Assembly: GCA_002189035.1 (NCBI GenBank)
Contig: NEEC01000011.1
Location: 2,108,001-2,172,000 of the forward strand
DNA length: 64,000 bases
Origin: Utricularia gibba
Lineage: Eukaryota; Plantae; Magnoliophyta
Reading direction: 5' to 3'
Under the pieces are notes generated by a model. The model did not search any database. It was given only the letters and a program-made list of their open reading frames with translations, and was not told the DNA's origin. Both the position numbers and the translations under genes were made by a program. Shown piece by piece: positions 38,822-51,800 of this stretch (position 1 is the stretch's first letter; every line of letters begins with the position of its first letter).

Positions 38822-41508
38822 CTACATTACCTTGTCATGATCATCATCAGAAATCCCAACGACAGACTTAAGGGTTGACGCCCATGCTTTAAGGCCCCTT
38901 TCACCTTCCATCATCTCAAGCTTTTCAATGGCAAACTTGGGAACCCCCGTTTTGTGAGGATTGAGGCAAGTGACTTGAAAGTACAGCCATTAGGTTGAAT
39001 ACTGGATTCCAGCATCTCTTGAAAGGTCACAACTGCCTCCTTATATCTTCCATCAAGCAAATACAGCCTTAGGACCTGATTGTAACTCAACAGCTCCTTG
39101 AGTCCTCGTTCTCGCATCTTTCTCGCAATCTCATGCGCATCCGTAAAGTTTCTGTTCCTCGTGTACATGCACAGCATCATTGCGTACGTAAACTCATTGG
39201 CCTCTCTGTTCTGTATCAAATCATTAAAAATCTCTTCTGCTTCAGCCAACATTGACTGTCTGCTGTACATATCAACCATACAATTTGAAGTGTAGACATC
39301 CAGTCCGGTTCCCAGTTTATGAAGCATCTTGTACGCCTCCTGGGCTTCTCTCAAGTAACCTGCTTTGGTATAAAGTTTGATCAGTGTTTTGCATATAACA
39401 CCATTCACTGCTAAACCCCGGCTTCTCATTAAACTGACAAAGTATGATGTTTCTCTTACACTGCCTGCCTCAGCAAAGGCACTTATCAACACCCCAAAAA
39501 CTATAACATCCGGTTCGATTCCGTAACCTATCATCTCTTCGTATAATCCAACAGCTATATCCTTATGGCCCAACTTGACATAGCTCGAGATCACAGCACA
39601 ATATGGAATGCAGCTATTTAATAACTGAGCCTCCTGCATTTTCCTAAGATAGAGGATAGCTTTCTGCGGCAGGTTTGCTGATGACAGGATCTGTATGATA
39701 GAATTATAGCTACATGTATCTGGAACTAACCCATACTGTTCCATTGTATCGAAAAAATAACATGCCTGATCATATTTCACACTGACACCACATGCTTTTA
39801 TCATCACATTAAGCTCAAGAACAGTTGGCTTTCTTACCTGTAAGCTGCAATCGAAAACTTTTTGAGCTTCTGAAAAGTAACCTTGCTCACCGTAAGCATC
39901 CATGATAGCAGAATAGCACGTGCGTGTCATGTTCCCCATGAGGTGGAACTTCAAGAACCATAACCAAGACTGCTGTATCATTCCAGCTTCTACATACATT
40001 CTCATCACAGAAGATTGAGTGAATTCATCAATCTTCAATCCTCTATCATCCATCTCTGAAATCAGCTCCTCCGCTTCAGCAACCATGTGCCTTAATGAAA
40101 ATGCATACAGTAACGTGCGATAACTTACAGGATCAGGTTCCAAAGAAGCTTCCTTCATCTTTGCCAAGTACCTCACTGCCAGCTCAATATCATTGTGTTT
40201 AGCATGCACAAAAATGAGAATGTTGTATGTTCTAGTGTCAGGAGAGCATTTAAACTCTTTCATTCGTTGCAGAAGCGATGCGACTTTTTCTAACTTACCA
40301 TGAATCCCATGCACATGCATCATCGTATTAAAAGTTACTGTTGTAGGCTGTATGCCTTTTTGGAGCATTCCTTCAAAAGTTTCGCACGCTTCTTGTAACT
40401 TGCCAGCTTTCCCATATGTATCTATCAAAGTATTGTATGTATGAGCACTCAAGCCATCGTCACGATTGCTTCCTCTTTTGAATTGCAATACTACATTTTT
40501 GTGATCCTCCTTTGAGTTGCGGTGCGACCATTTATTGTAGAACTCTTCAGCAGAAACGAAATCCCCTGTCTTCTTATACATTTGAACTACAGTTCCCATG
40601 GTCACTTCATCTGGCTCTATCTCATGCTCATTCATCAAGTCCAGCCACTTCTTGGCCTTGTCTGTATGTCCTCCCTTGCAACACACATCAATCAGTGTAC
40701 CATAAGTTGAGTTTATCGGCTTGATACCTCTTTTCTGCATTTCTCCCCATAATCTATCAACCTCATGCCACTGTTGCGCCATACCCAGAATCCTGAACAC
40801 TATGTTGTAGTGAATGACATTAACCTCGTAGCATCCTTTACTCCGAAACCAGTTGAAAATATCCAACGCCCGTTCCCACCTCTGCTGCTCCCTCAATAGT
40901 ATGCTCCTTTCCTTATTAGTCAAGGTCCTTTCCCATGGTCTTAGGGCTTCGTTCAGGTCATCTATGGTGCTCAGAGATTCCAGCATTGCAGGTATGGATC
41001 CACAGTAACTCTTCCCTTTCTTTGCAATGAAAAAATCTGACTTTTCATGTCCCCTAGTTCCAGGATATTTCTTCTTAGCACGATCCTGTTTGCCACTATG
41101 TGTAACTCGCTTCAACCTTTTGACATCACCAGTAGAGTTTTCCCTACTCTCGTTCAACGAACCACGCGTGCGCAAATCCTCTCCACTACCAGTTGCATAA
41201 TCAAAAATCAGCTCGAAGCTCCTGTTCTTACTGATGCCTCGTTCCGAGATGCTACTAGTTGTACATTCCTCTTCGGGAATTTGATTTTTGGAATATAATC
41301 CACCAACATCACCATAAAACTTGCCACTTACCTCAATCCCACAGCGGCTTTCCCCCAACGGAGACGAATGGGTGCCGAAGGTATTCTCGATACTCCGTAA
41401 ATGCCGCCTTTGTTTGGTTGTACTGAATTTCGTAAGGGATGGACAGAATGCACGAGTAGAACATTTTTCTGATGGTACAGTGATGATCAGTTTCAAGTGA
41501 AAATCCAT
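38822..41508 (-). CDS. P-class PPR protein (At3g23020-like); apparent -1 frameshift near the C-terminus
   Basis: 882-aa ORF with tandem 35-aa repeats (HYNIVFRILG, TYNTLIDTYGKAG...). First ATG at 41508. Adding one base at 38944-38948 extends the frame to TAG at 38822-38824. Confidence 0.9.
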
Positions 41509-42533
41509 CCCGGTCTGGATATGGGTGCTACCTCTCTCGCGCTGCAAAACCAGCACCACGTTCGCAATCGAGATTTCTAGAAAATAAAAAGAAAATGGAA
41601 GTTACCTAAAATATCAAGGATACAAATATCTTGTGGGCTGGTAAAAGAGTAAGCCCATCTGCTGCCTGGTCTGGAAACTGCATTATGCAGGCCGAGCTCC
41701 GTGACCGGCCTCGCTACCGATGGATCCAGTGCGCTTGGAATCCTGTGTGAGGTGGATGGTTTCTCTTGCTGAACCTGCCGGCACCGCCGCTTCTGTATCC
41801 TGGTACGACGGACGGAGGATCGGCTGTGAAATCGTTCCATTTCGGGGTTCAAATTTTACTCCTTCCGAGATCTGTGAAAGGCTTATATGGTATAAACGTG
41901 GCCGTTGACAGAGCCGTACCTGGAAAAATGGAAAAAAAGGGCAGACCGGAGAGAGATAAAGGCATCAGAACAGCCGGCTAGCGATATAATTTCAAGTCAT
42001 TAAGGTAGCATGGCTTTTTTCTCGTTTGCGTTGTGTTTTGTTCTTCCCGTCGTAGCTATTCAATGCTTAGATTGTGTTGTACTCCGATTTAGAGTCATTC
42101 CTCTCTGCATGCTCAGACAATGTTAATCCCAATTTATAGTCTTATCGCTGATCTAGACTTTTTCGAATATACAACAGGTGCATGCTGCATGAGTTTGGAA
42201 AAATCAATCCTCCGGTTTCAAGAATATTTTCAGAAGTCGAAGCTGTTCCACTGGGATTTTCGTTTGAAATAGAAGAAAACACTAAAACGACGTCAAGGGA
42301 CTAAGAGATTACCTTGAAGAGGAGGCCACTGAGTTATTTTGGTCGTGAGGAGTCAAACTGGATTACATTGAGAAACACAAAATACTAAAGCCTTTGTGTC
42401 ATGTTAATCTGAGAAAGAAATTTGTGAAACTTCTCCGGTGTACCCTCATGGGAACTTGGACAAACGCCTGAGATAAGATGCCTTGCTGGTTCCATGACTT
42501 TTTGTGGATTAGGAAGTTCAAAAAATTCAGTCC

Positions 42534-42702
42534 TTGAAGTAGATGGGACTTCAGGGACAACATGGTACTACTGCTAAAACAGGTAAACCAGGTGTTGAGT
42601 TGTTCAAAAAAAAAAAAAAAAAACAAATGTCGTTGAAGTAGATGAGACTTCTGGGACATCATGGTACCACTCCTAAAGCAGGTAGGCCAAGTGTTGAGCT
42701 GT
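42534..42702 (+). repeat. Diverged 70-bp direct repeat (period 99 bp) separated by an A18 tract, spanning the PPR-DYW start codon
   Basis: TTGAAGTAGATG(G/A)GACTTC...GTGTTGAG(T/C)TGT at 42534-42603 and 42633-42702. Confidence 0.85.
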
Positions 42703-45401
42703 AGGCTTTCTGGTGAGAAGAAGTTGTATGCTGAAATACTGAATGTCTTGTTAGACAAGGGTGGTGTTATGCCTGATTCAGATGTAGTTCGTACATTAAA
42801 AGCATTTGCTGATTATAAAGTGTCACTTTGCTATACACAGCTGATACATTCTAAGTTCATCCTTTGTGGTTTCAGTAAAAGGATTTCTTTCTGTAATTTT
42901 CTGATTGATTTGTATCTGAAGAATGAATATATAAATTCAGCATATCAAATATTTAGGAAAATGTGCCAGAAGGATTCATCAACTTGGGTTGCCATGATCT
43001 CAGGCTTGTCCCAAAGAAGCCATGAACTAGAGTCTATCCATGTTTATTGTGAGATGCGAACATTAGGTGCGTTCCCAACTCCTTATGTGTTTTCAAGTGT
43101 AATAAGTGCGTGCACCAAAATTAACATGTATGAGCTCGGAGAGCAGTTTCATGCTGTGATCTTGAGATGGGGATTTTCAGCAGAGATCTATGTGTGCAAT
43201 TCACTATTATCACTTTATACAAGGTCTGGTAAGCTGAAACTAGCAGAACAAATTTTCACTGAAATGGCTGATAGAGATAATGCTACATACAACACTTTGA
43301 TATCAGGTTTCGCCATGCAAGGATCATTTAATAAATCTTTCCAGATATTTGAGGAAATGCAAATCAAGTCATTGAAGCCTGACGGTGTCACCATTGCAAC
43401 ACTCTTAGGCTCTTGTGCATCGATGGCTCTTCTGAGTAAGGGCATACAGCTACATTCTTATGTCATAAGGGCAGGAATGTATTCGGATATTATAATTGAA
43501 GGTTCTCTCCTAGATCTTTATGTAAAATGCCAAGATGTTGAAACAGCCCATAAACTATTTCTGGAAATAAACACTCATAATGTTGTACTTTGGAATGTGA
43601 TGCTAGTGGCGTATGGACAAATGGGAGATCTCCAGGAGTCATTCCATATTTATTCTCAGATGCAGATTCATGGTCTGTGGCCCAATCAGTATACATTTCC
43701 TAGTATTATAAGAACTTGTACTACTGTAGGGATGCTTTTTCAAGGAGAGCAGTTTCATGCTCAAGTTACTAAAGCTGGATTTGAGCCTAACGTGTATGTA
43801 TCTAGTGTGCTTATAGATATGTATGCTAAACTTGGAGATTTAGAAACTGCCCTGAGGATCTTTAGGTTTTACGATGAAGATGATATTGTGTCATGGACAG
43901 CTATGATTGCAGGATATGCCATGGCTGAGATGTTTATTGAAGCCCTTACACTTTTTGCTGAATTGCAAGGCAGAAGGATTCACTTAGACAATATTGTATT
44001 GGCTAGTGCTATAAGTGCATGCTCGGGATTCAAGCTCTAAACCAAGGGTGTCAAATACATGCCCAAGCTATTGTCTATGGTTACTCTTCTGATACATCTA
44101 TCGGAAATGCACTTGTATGTCTCTATGCTAGGTGTGCTCTAGTATTGGAGGCACGTTTTGCATTTGAGAGAATCTCTGAAAAAGATAATGTTTCATGGAA
44201 TGGATTGATATCAGGTTTTTCTCAGAGTGGAAGGTCAGAGGAAGCATTAAACGTTTTCTCTCAAATGATTCAAGCTGGAGAAGAGGCCAATACTTTTACT
44301 TATGGCTCTTCCATCAGCGCAGCTGCAAACATGATCAACTTGAAACTTGGTAAGGAAATCCATGCAAGAACACTAAAAGCTGGGTATGACAATGAGATTG
44401 AAGTGTGCAATTCTCTTATCACGTTCTATGCAAAGTGCGGATGGATTGATGATTCTTGGAGGATATTTACTGGTATGGCTTGGAAAAACGAGGTTTCATG
44501 GAATGCAATGATTACAGGGTTTTCTCAACATGGTTATGGCGAGAGAGCCATTGAACTCTTCGAGGATATGAAAGCATTGCAGATGGCTCCAAATCACATA
44601 ACTTATGTCGGAATACTGGCTGCTTGTAGCCATGTAGGGCTGGTGGAGAAGGGTTTGTGTTACTTCAGATCCATGAGCGACCACCACGGCATAGAACCGA
44701 CACAAGAACATTATGCTTGTGTAGTCGACATTCTTGGAAGAGCTGGTCAACTTTTTCGTGCGAGATCATTTCTGGAGTCTATGCCCATTGAACCTGGATC
44801 AATGGCCTGGAGAGCTCTCTTAAGTGCCTGTGCAGTGCACAAGAACATAGAAGTTGGCCAACTTGCTGCAAAGCATCTGTTAGAGTTGGAACCCAAGGAT
44901 TCAGCCACATATGTTCTTATGTCAAACATGTATGCAGTAACCGGTAGACAGTCCAACCGGGATGAAGCTAGACAACTGATGAGAAACAGAGGCGTGAAGA
45001 AAGAACCAGGCCAGAGTTGGATCGAAGTAAAGAACTCAGTTCATGCATTCTTTGCTGGGGACAAACTGCATCCTATTGCAGACAAGATCTACGAGCACCT
45101 AGCTGATCTGGATATGCAAGTGGCAGCACTTGGCTATGTGAAGGATGTCAACTATGACTTCCAACAGGAGAAAGGCCCCATCTCTCATGTTCATAGTGAG
45201 AAGCTGGCAATTGCTTTTGGACTTCTAAGTTTGTCTAACATGATTCCTTTGCATGTTATCAAGAATCTCCGTGTCTGTAACAACTGCCATGAATGGATAA
45301 AATTCGTAACCAGGATCATCGATCGACGCATTGTGGTACGTGATGCTTACCGCTTTCACCATTTTCACAATGGACAGTGTTCATGTAAAGATTATTGGTG
45401 A
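42661..45401 (+). CDS. PLS-class PPR with E/E+/DYW deaminase domain (At4g13650-like); apparent -1 frameshift at 44025-44027
   Basis: ORFs 42661-44040 and 44019-45401 join at ACS-G-IQALNQG if one G is added; HSEKLA...NLRVCNNCH...CSCKDYW* is intact. Confidence 0.92.
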
Positions 45402-45416
45402 GTTGAAGAAGCTTTG

Positions 45417-45619
45417 TGATAGAGCTAGAATGGCTTTTTGTGCCATGGCTTTTGACTTATCCTTTGCAGCTGCTTGTGGCTATAGTGATTCCCACAGTAT
45501 TGGTTTGGGCAAGGAGCCTTCTGATAGTGCTAGAATGGTTTTTTGTGCCATGGCTTTTGACTTATCCTTTGCAGCTGCTTGTGTTTATAGTGATTCCCAC
45601 AGTATTGGTTTGGGCAAGG
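45417..45619. repeat. Near-perfect 98-bp tandem duplication, period 105 bp, just after the PPR-DYW stop
   Basis: Copies at 45417-45514 and 45522-45619 with only a few mismatches. Confidence 0.92.
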
Positions 45620-45722
45620 TTCTTCTGCTGTGAATAGAACCATATAGTTATCGTTCATCTCCATTGACATCTAAATGAATCCCCTATGAAACCAACCGTT
45701 TCACAGCAAACAAAGTAAGAGA

Positions 45723-48109
45723 TTACTTGACATCACTACTGTCAAAATTTAGTCTTCTTAATCTCTGGTCAAGCTCTGCCATCACTGCCGGCTCCTGCTT
45801 CTTCCGTTGCTTAGTTATGGTGGTGGTCGTTGTGGATCCTATCTTCTCCAAGGCAAACTGTGTGCAAACATGTTACTTAACAAGAATGTCGATCACAGCG
45901 GTCTGAGTTAGAAACGTACACTCAAAAGCTCATCAGGATCAAAGAGGTGATGAGTGCTTCTCTGAATCACATTGATCACATCACCAACCTGGTTAGTAAG
46001 CAGCAGCTCCTCTTCATTCATCTGCATCCAGTCATTCATTCAAAGGTAGCTCTCTCATCATACTGTAAGGACAGAAGCACAACAATATGTTGGGGGCTGC
46101 TGTGCTTTACCTTAAAGATAGCCAAGGCGACGTTAAACAAAACGTTAGCTCCCTCGTAGAAGAGAATGTCCCATATCCGCAGGGTCGTCTGTAGAGACGA
46201 ATCTACAATCAGACTAAAGTTCAATGGCAGCTACAAGAAACTACCAGAGTAGGAATTTTGACCTCTGTGGGCAAGCTTTTGGAAAATAGGCAGATGAACC
46301 ACTCAGTGGAGACTAGAGAAACGTCAAATTCCAGAGCAGTGAGATGAGCAGCAATCCTGAAGTTCACTTTGGCCAGAGAATAAGGAAGTAAAAGCCAGTG
46401 AAGGAAAGGAAGAAAGAAACAAAGAAAAGGGAAGTGATAAAGACCTGGGACACTTCTTGGTGAGCAGATCCCTAAACACACGCTGGTCTACATGACATCC
46501 AGACAAGTTGTTTGTGTAGCAATCGTTAGCTAATACATCTTCTAAGAGCACAGCAAGCATCCAGAAGGCATCTTCTTCAGTTCTCATAACGAGCAGCAAC
46601 AGTGCTGCAACATAGTTTAAACCCTGTGCACAGAAAACACTCAGGAAAACTACACCAAATAAGCAATTACAGTATAGCCACCAAGAAATTGGTAGCATGC
46701 TTTTATTCAGTGAGAAGGGAAAAAACCTGGCAATAGCCAACATCGGAATCCCGGAAAGAATAACCAACAAGAACGCGCCTTAGAGCAGCATGACCATCAG
46801 CAGTGTCCAACCAAGGGTGACCAGGGAAGGTTCTTGGAAGATCCTGTAAATATTGATCAGGAAGGGCATGGAGGGTATGGAGGACTGCAAGCAAATGAAA
46901 AGGGAAATATCCAACAGAACTTGGGAATTTTTCAAAACCCCTGCTCTACCCAAACTTGTAGCTTATCTAGAAGAGCCACGTTGGTGAATTTTGCTATTTC
47001 TGAAGGTGATTAGTAGATCACAAGTTTTTATATATTTAAGAGACCTCCAGTTTTTATGTTTAAAACCAAAAAAATTTAGCTCCTTCCAGTATCAGTAAGA
47101 AAGGAAAATGGCTTTCATAATGTCAAACATGAAGAAAGTTGATCAAAAGTAACCCTGGAACTCATCATCCTAAGTAGTATATTATGCCTTCTAAAAGTTG
47201 AGGAAAGCCAACAGGCGTTAGAGTTGCATCAAGATCCAAAATTAGCCTTCAAAGGAGATCCCATTGTCCACTTCTTGATAAACAAAAATGTTACACTTCA
47301 CATTCACTACGGCAAATCCTTTTTCCTGAAGACTTAACTGCAACACGACAAAGTTGCCCCGGGAAATGTAATGGCACTGATCATACTGCACTCAAGTCAA
47401 TGGCACGGTAGATTTTTCCAAAAATGACTAACATGTTCATCACAGTGCCATGGTATCATTGATTAGACTCAATGAATTGTCATAAACCAGAGCACCGAAG
47501 TTGATTTCACTTAGAAACTTTTACCAAGGCATTCACATAATGTTTTATTAAAATCATTACAACACGAATAACTTCGATGAATGAGCAGTTGAAAAAAAAA
47601 AACGAATAAGAAAACTCACATACATGATCAATCTGTCGAGTTGCTGAGGTAACCTTTCCCTCAACAGCACTAATCAGATCGTTGTAATAACTATCAGGAA
47701 CAGTAGACTTCTTCTTGGCAGCACCAGATAAGGAAAACCAGACCTTAGGCCTCAAATTGAGAGGAATCCCTTTCTTGATGAGTCTCTTGAGAGTGATGGC
47801 GTTCACCACAGCAGAGAATTTGAGGGAAGACTTGGGAATGGACGAGACATGAGCGTCCAAATACCAGCAGGGTCCCTTGCTCGACTCCAAAGCCCACCAA
47901 ACTCTTCCCTGTTGCCTCGCTTTCTCCCTTACCTCATTCAACACATTTACATCATCCACGTTTCCTTCCACCGTGAACCCATACAGATCTTGGAATTTCA
48001 CGGTCATATTAGCGCGTCGTGCGCTTATTCTTGGACGCAATGTTGAAATTTGGGCCTGATATTCCATTTCCAGGTCCCTATTGCTATGAATCCCACTTCC
48101 CCCATGCAT
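45723..48109 (-). CDS. TBC-domain Rab GTPase-activating protein (At3g07890-like)
   Basis: [73 protein letters not shown]; stop at 45723-45725. Confidence 0.92.
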
Positions 48110-48857
48110 CTTATTTGCTATCGCTGTTGGAAAGGGAAACACAGGACGACAAAAGAAAAAAAAAAAAAAAGCAAACAGCAGAAGCAACCCCAGATGCAAT
48201 ACTTGAACTTCGGACAGGAAAAGGAACTTGACTGCAGAAACAGCACGCTCTCTTCCTCAGAAAGCAGACAAGGGGAAAGAGAGGGGCTGGTACCCTGAAA
48301 CCTTTTAATTGACCCTTCAAGTTCAGTTCAACCCAACTTCGATCGATCCATTCCTTTGCAAAGAACGAAACTTTTAGCTGCCATCATTGAACCCATAATA
48401 TTGAAGAAGTTTGCAACTAACAAATAACGATATTAGATTCTTGTGGATGTGAAGAGGGGGAAAAAGAGGAGAAGGATGGGAGGAACAGAAGGCAGAAGCT
48501 AAAAAGAAGGGAGGAAATCAAATTCAAGGTTATCTGAGAATGAAGGTAGCGCAAAGAAACAGGAGCAACACTCCAAAACAAGTATATTCAGGTAACAGGC
48601 CGGTTTCCGACCCGTCGCCTCGCCACGGCGGTAACAGAATTTTGGATGCTCGTAGCCCAACACTTGACGCGCTTTCAATGGACCAGCTCACAACCTACGC
48701 CCAACACCTGGTCCAGTTCTTATTGGCCCAGTTTGATTGTAGTCTTCTGTCCACAACCAATCGTTCTCCAGAACCTTCTTTAAACCCCATTCTTAACCCT
48801 GCAAAACCCTACAGAATTCCCATTGAGTGAGAGTGAGTTGCCAACGTTGCTGCGAAG

Positions 48858-51800
48858 ATGATGAGGCGCTCTGTTGCTGCTTTCCTGCGTGATGCTACGG
48901 CGCGACAACGACGCTTTGCTTCATCGTTCTGTGTTCATCATCAGGTTGGTTATTGGGCTTCTTTGCCCCATTATATCGTGTTGATTTACCATTTTTCTCT
49001 GATGCTTATGTTTATCCGGATGCTCCTGGAATGAGTGATCAGATTGTTTGTTTGTTTGGACTGATTTAATGCACTGGCTCATTTGCAAGTGCCCCTTGTT
49101 ATTCCAATTAAGCATAGTCGCTGCACTTTTTTTGCTGTCTAGTTTGAAACCGCCGATGGAACTATGAAGAGATACCCAACGTCAGCCATCGGAACCTGCA
49201 AGGGTGGCGGTGACTTGATGCACTCTCACCTTCGTAAAAATCAAGTGGGTTACATGTCAACTGCTGCTCAGTCTGATGTTTCTGGTCCATCTGCCGAAAA
49301 ATATGAGTATCAGGCCGAGGTTGACACAAGCTTCATTTTGCATATTTGTCATTCAGATAACGTGTATTTAGAAACCTTAGAATGAGCTGATTTTGGCAGG
49401 TTAGCCGTCTTATGGACCTCATCGTGAACAGCCTGTATAGCAATAAAGAGGTTTTTCTTCGAGAGCTTATAAGGTTTTATCGCTGTTGGTTTCTTAGTTT
49501 TCCATATAACTTGTTTTGGCACAAGTATTTGTTCATAGTTGCATACACGCTTTCCCTTCCTTGCATTATGCTTTTTGATGACCCTTGCGTGGATATCATG
49601 TCAACCTCATTTGATGAGATGCTCTACTTGTTTGTGGTTACCAGTAATGCTAGTGATGCTTTGGACAAACTGCGATTCCTAAGTGTTACTGAGCCCCAGC
49701 TTTTGAAGGAAGCATTTGATCTTGATATTCGCATTCAAGCTGACAAGGATAATGGAATTATTACAATCACGTAAGTCTGCATTAACATAGTTTCTGTTAC
49801 ATGATTATGGCTCCTTATGTGCATGGTATTCCTGTAGAGATACTGGGATTGGCATGACACGAAAAGAGCTTGTTGATTGTCTCGGTACAATAGCGCAGAG
49901 TGGAACTGCAAAGTTCTTGAAAGCCTTAAAGGTATAATATCACTGATGCAGACACAGTTTTTTTTTTTTCGTATGTAACACTTTGTTTTGTATTATTGAC
50001 AGGATAGCAAGGATTCTGGAGCTGAAAGCAATTTAATTGGTCAGTTCGGTGTTGGATTCTATTCAGCCTTCCTCGTCTCTGAACGGGTTTGTATGCAATT
50101 TTAATTACACATGTGTTAGCACACATTTTATGTTTCTCTCTCCTTAAACTGTTGGGGTTCTGTCTTGCTTCAATGAAAGGTTGAGGTTTCAACAAAGAGT
50201 CCCAAGTCGGATAGGCAGTATGTGTGGGAAGGTGAAGCCAATTCTAGTTCTTACACCATTCGTGAGGAGACAGATCCTGCTAAACTTATGCCCAGGGGAA
50301 CTCGTCTCACTCTCTATCTCAAGGTTTTTTTTTTTTGTTATGTTTCTTATTTCATTTTGCATAATATTGTGACTTGTCCCAATGTTTTTTTTTCCAGCCT
50401 GATGACAAAGGTTTTGCGAACCCAGAAAGAGTGCAGAAGCTTATTAAAAACTATTCGCAGTTTGTTTCTTTCCCTATATATGTGTGGCAAGAAAAAGGGT
50501 ACACCAAAGAGGTATGCTGTTTAGTAAATTGTCAATATCTAATGATGGAATAGAACTTCCCTGCGACTATTCCATAGTATGCTGTTTAGTAAATTTTATT
50601 CCATAGTATGTTTGACTTTTCGCATATGAGCATAAAAATCATCTTATTCAGGTTGAGGTTGATGAGGATCCTGTAGAAAGCTCCACGGGAGAAAAAGATG
50701 CAAATTCTGAGGTTTCAATATAATTTCTTGCACATTAATTATGTGGAAATTGTGTTCACATTCACATACACAGACACATGTTTATGGATAACACTTTTGA
50801 AACGGATCGGTTATGTTTTTTTGCTGCAGAAAAAGAAAAAAACTAAGACTGTTGTGGAAAGATATTGGGATTGGGATCTAGTGAACGAGACCCAACCAAT
50901 ATGGGTAAGCTAGGAAATACTAGATTTTTTAACTACAAAATTTAAGATTGTGTTCCATCTAATTTCAGACAAGGTATGTATTCCTTTATGCAGCTACGCA
51001 ATCCCAAGGAAGTTGGTGTGGATGAGTACAATGAGTTCTACAAGAAAACATTTAACGAATATTTAGACCCACTTGCCTCCTCTCACTTTACAACCGAGGT
51101 TTTGTAGCAATATATCTCTTCGATTATCCAAGATTTTTCTGCTAGCTCAAACTTCATTTCTATTTCTTCCTTGCAGGGTGAAGTTGAGTTTAGGTCTATT
51201 TTATATGTCCCATCTGTAGCGCCAACCGGGAAGGATGATATCGTCAACCCAAAAACAAAGAATATAAAGCTTCATGTCAAGCGTGTATTTATTTCTGATG
51301 ATTTTGATGGTGAATTGGTGAGAAGCGTTACAAGTTTTTAATTGAGAATCTTGATAGTGAATATCAAGGCAACCATTCATGCTGTTTTCTCTATGTATTA
51401 GTTTCCCCGTTACTTGAGCTTCATAAAAGGGGTTGTGGACTCCAATGATCTCCCACTGAATGTATCACGTGAAATACTTCAGGAAAACCGAATTGTAAGT
51501 TCCCAAATAATAACTGCATATGTAACTTATGTCTATACTAGTGTTCATAAAAGTTTGGTTCTTACGTCAAACACTATTTATTGTCACTGCTTTCTAGGTG
51601 CGGATCATGAGGAAACGACTGGTACGCAAGGCATTTGACATGATTCAGGGGATAACCCTGAGCGAAAACTCTGATGTGAGTTTTTCTCTCAATATTTTCC
51701 AAGCTTAGTTAATTTTTTCTCAAGGAAAACATTGTTTATGTTTACCTTTTACTTACACTGGCTTGGATGATGAGATATTTTCATTTTTCAGGCATTTATA

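Noticed and set aside
45331-45637. 35-aa repeat ORFs as extra PPR motifs or a new gene
   Set aside because: No PPR helix pattern, and they overlap the DYW stop in other frames; the 105-bp DNA duplication explains them.
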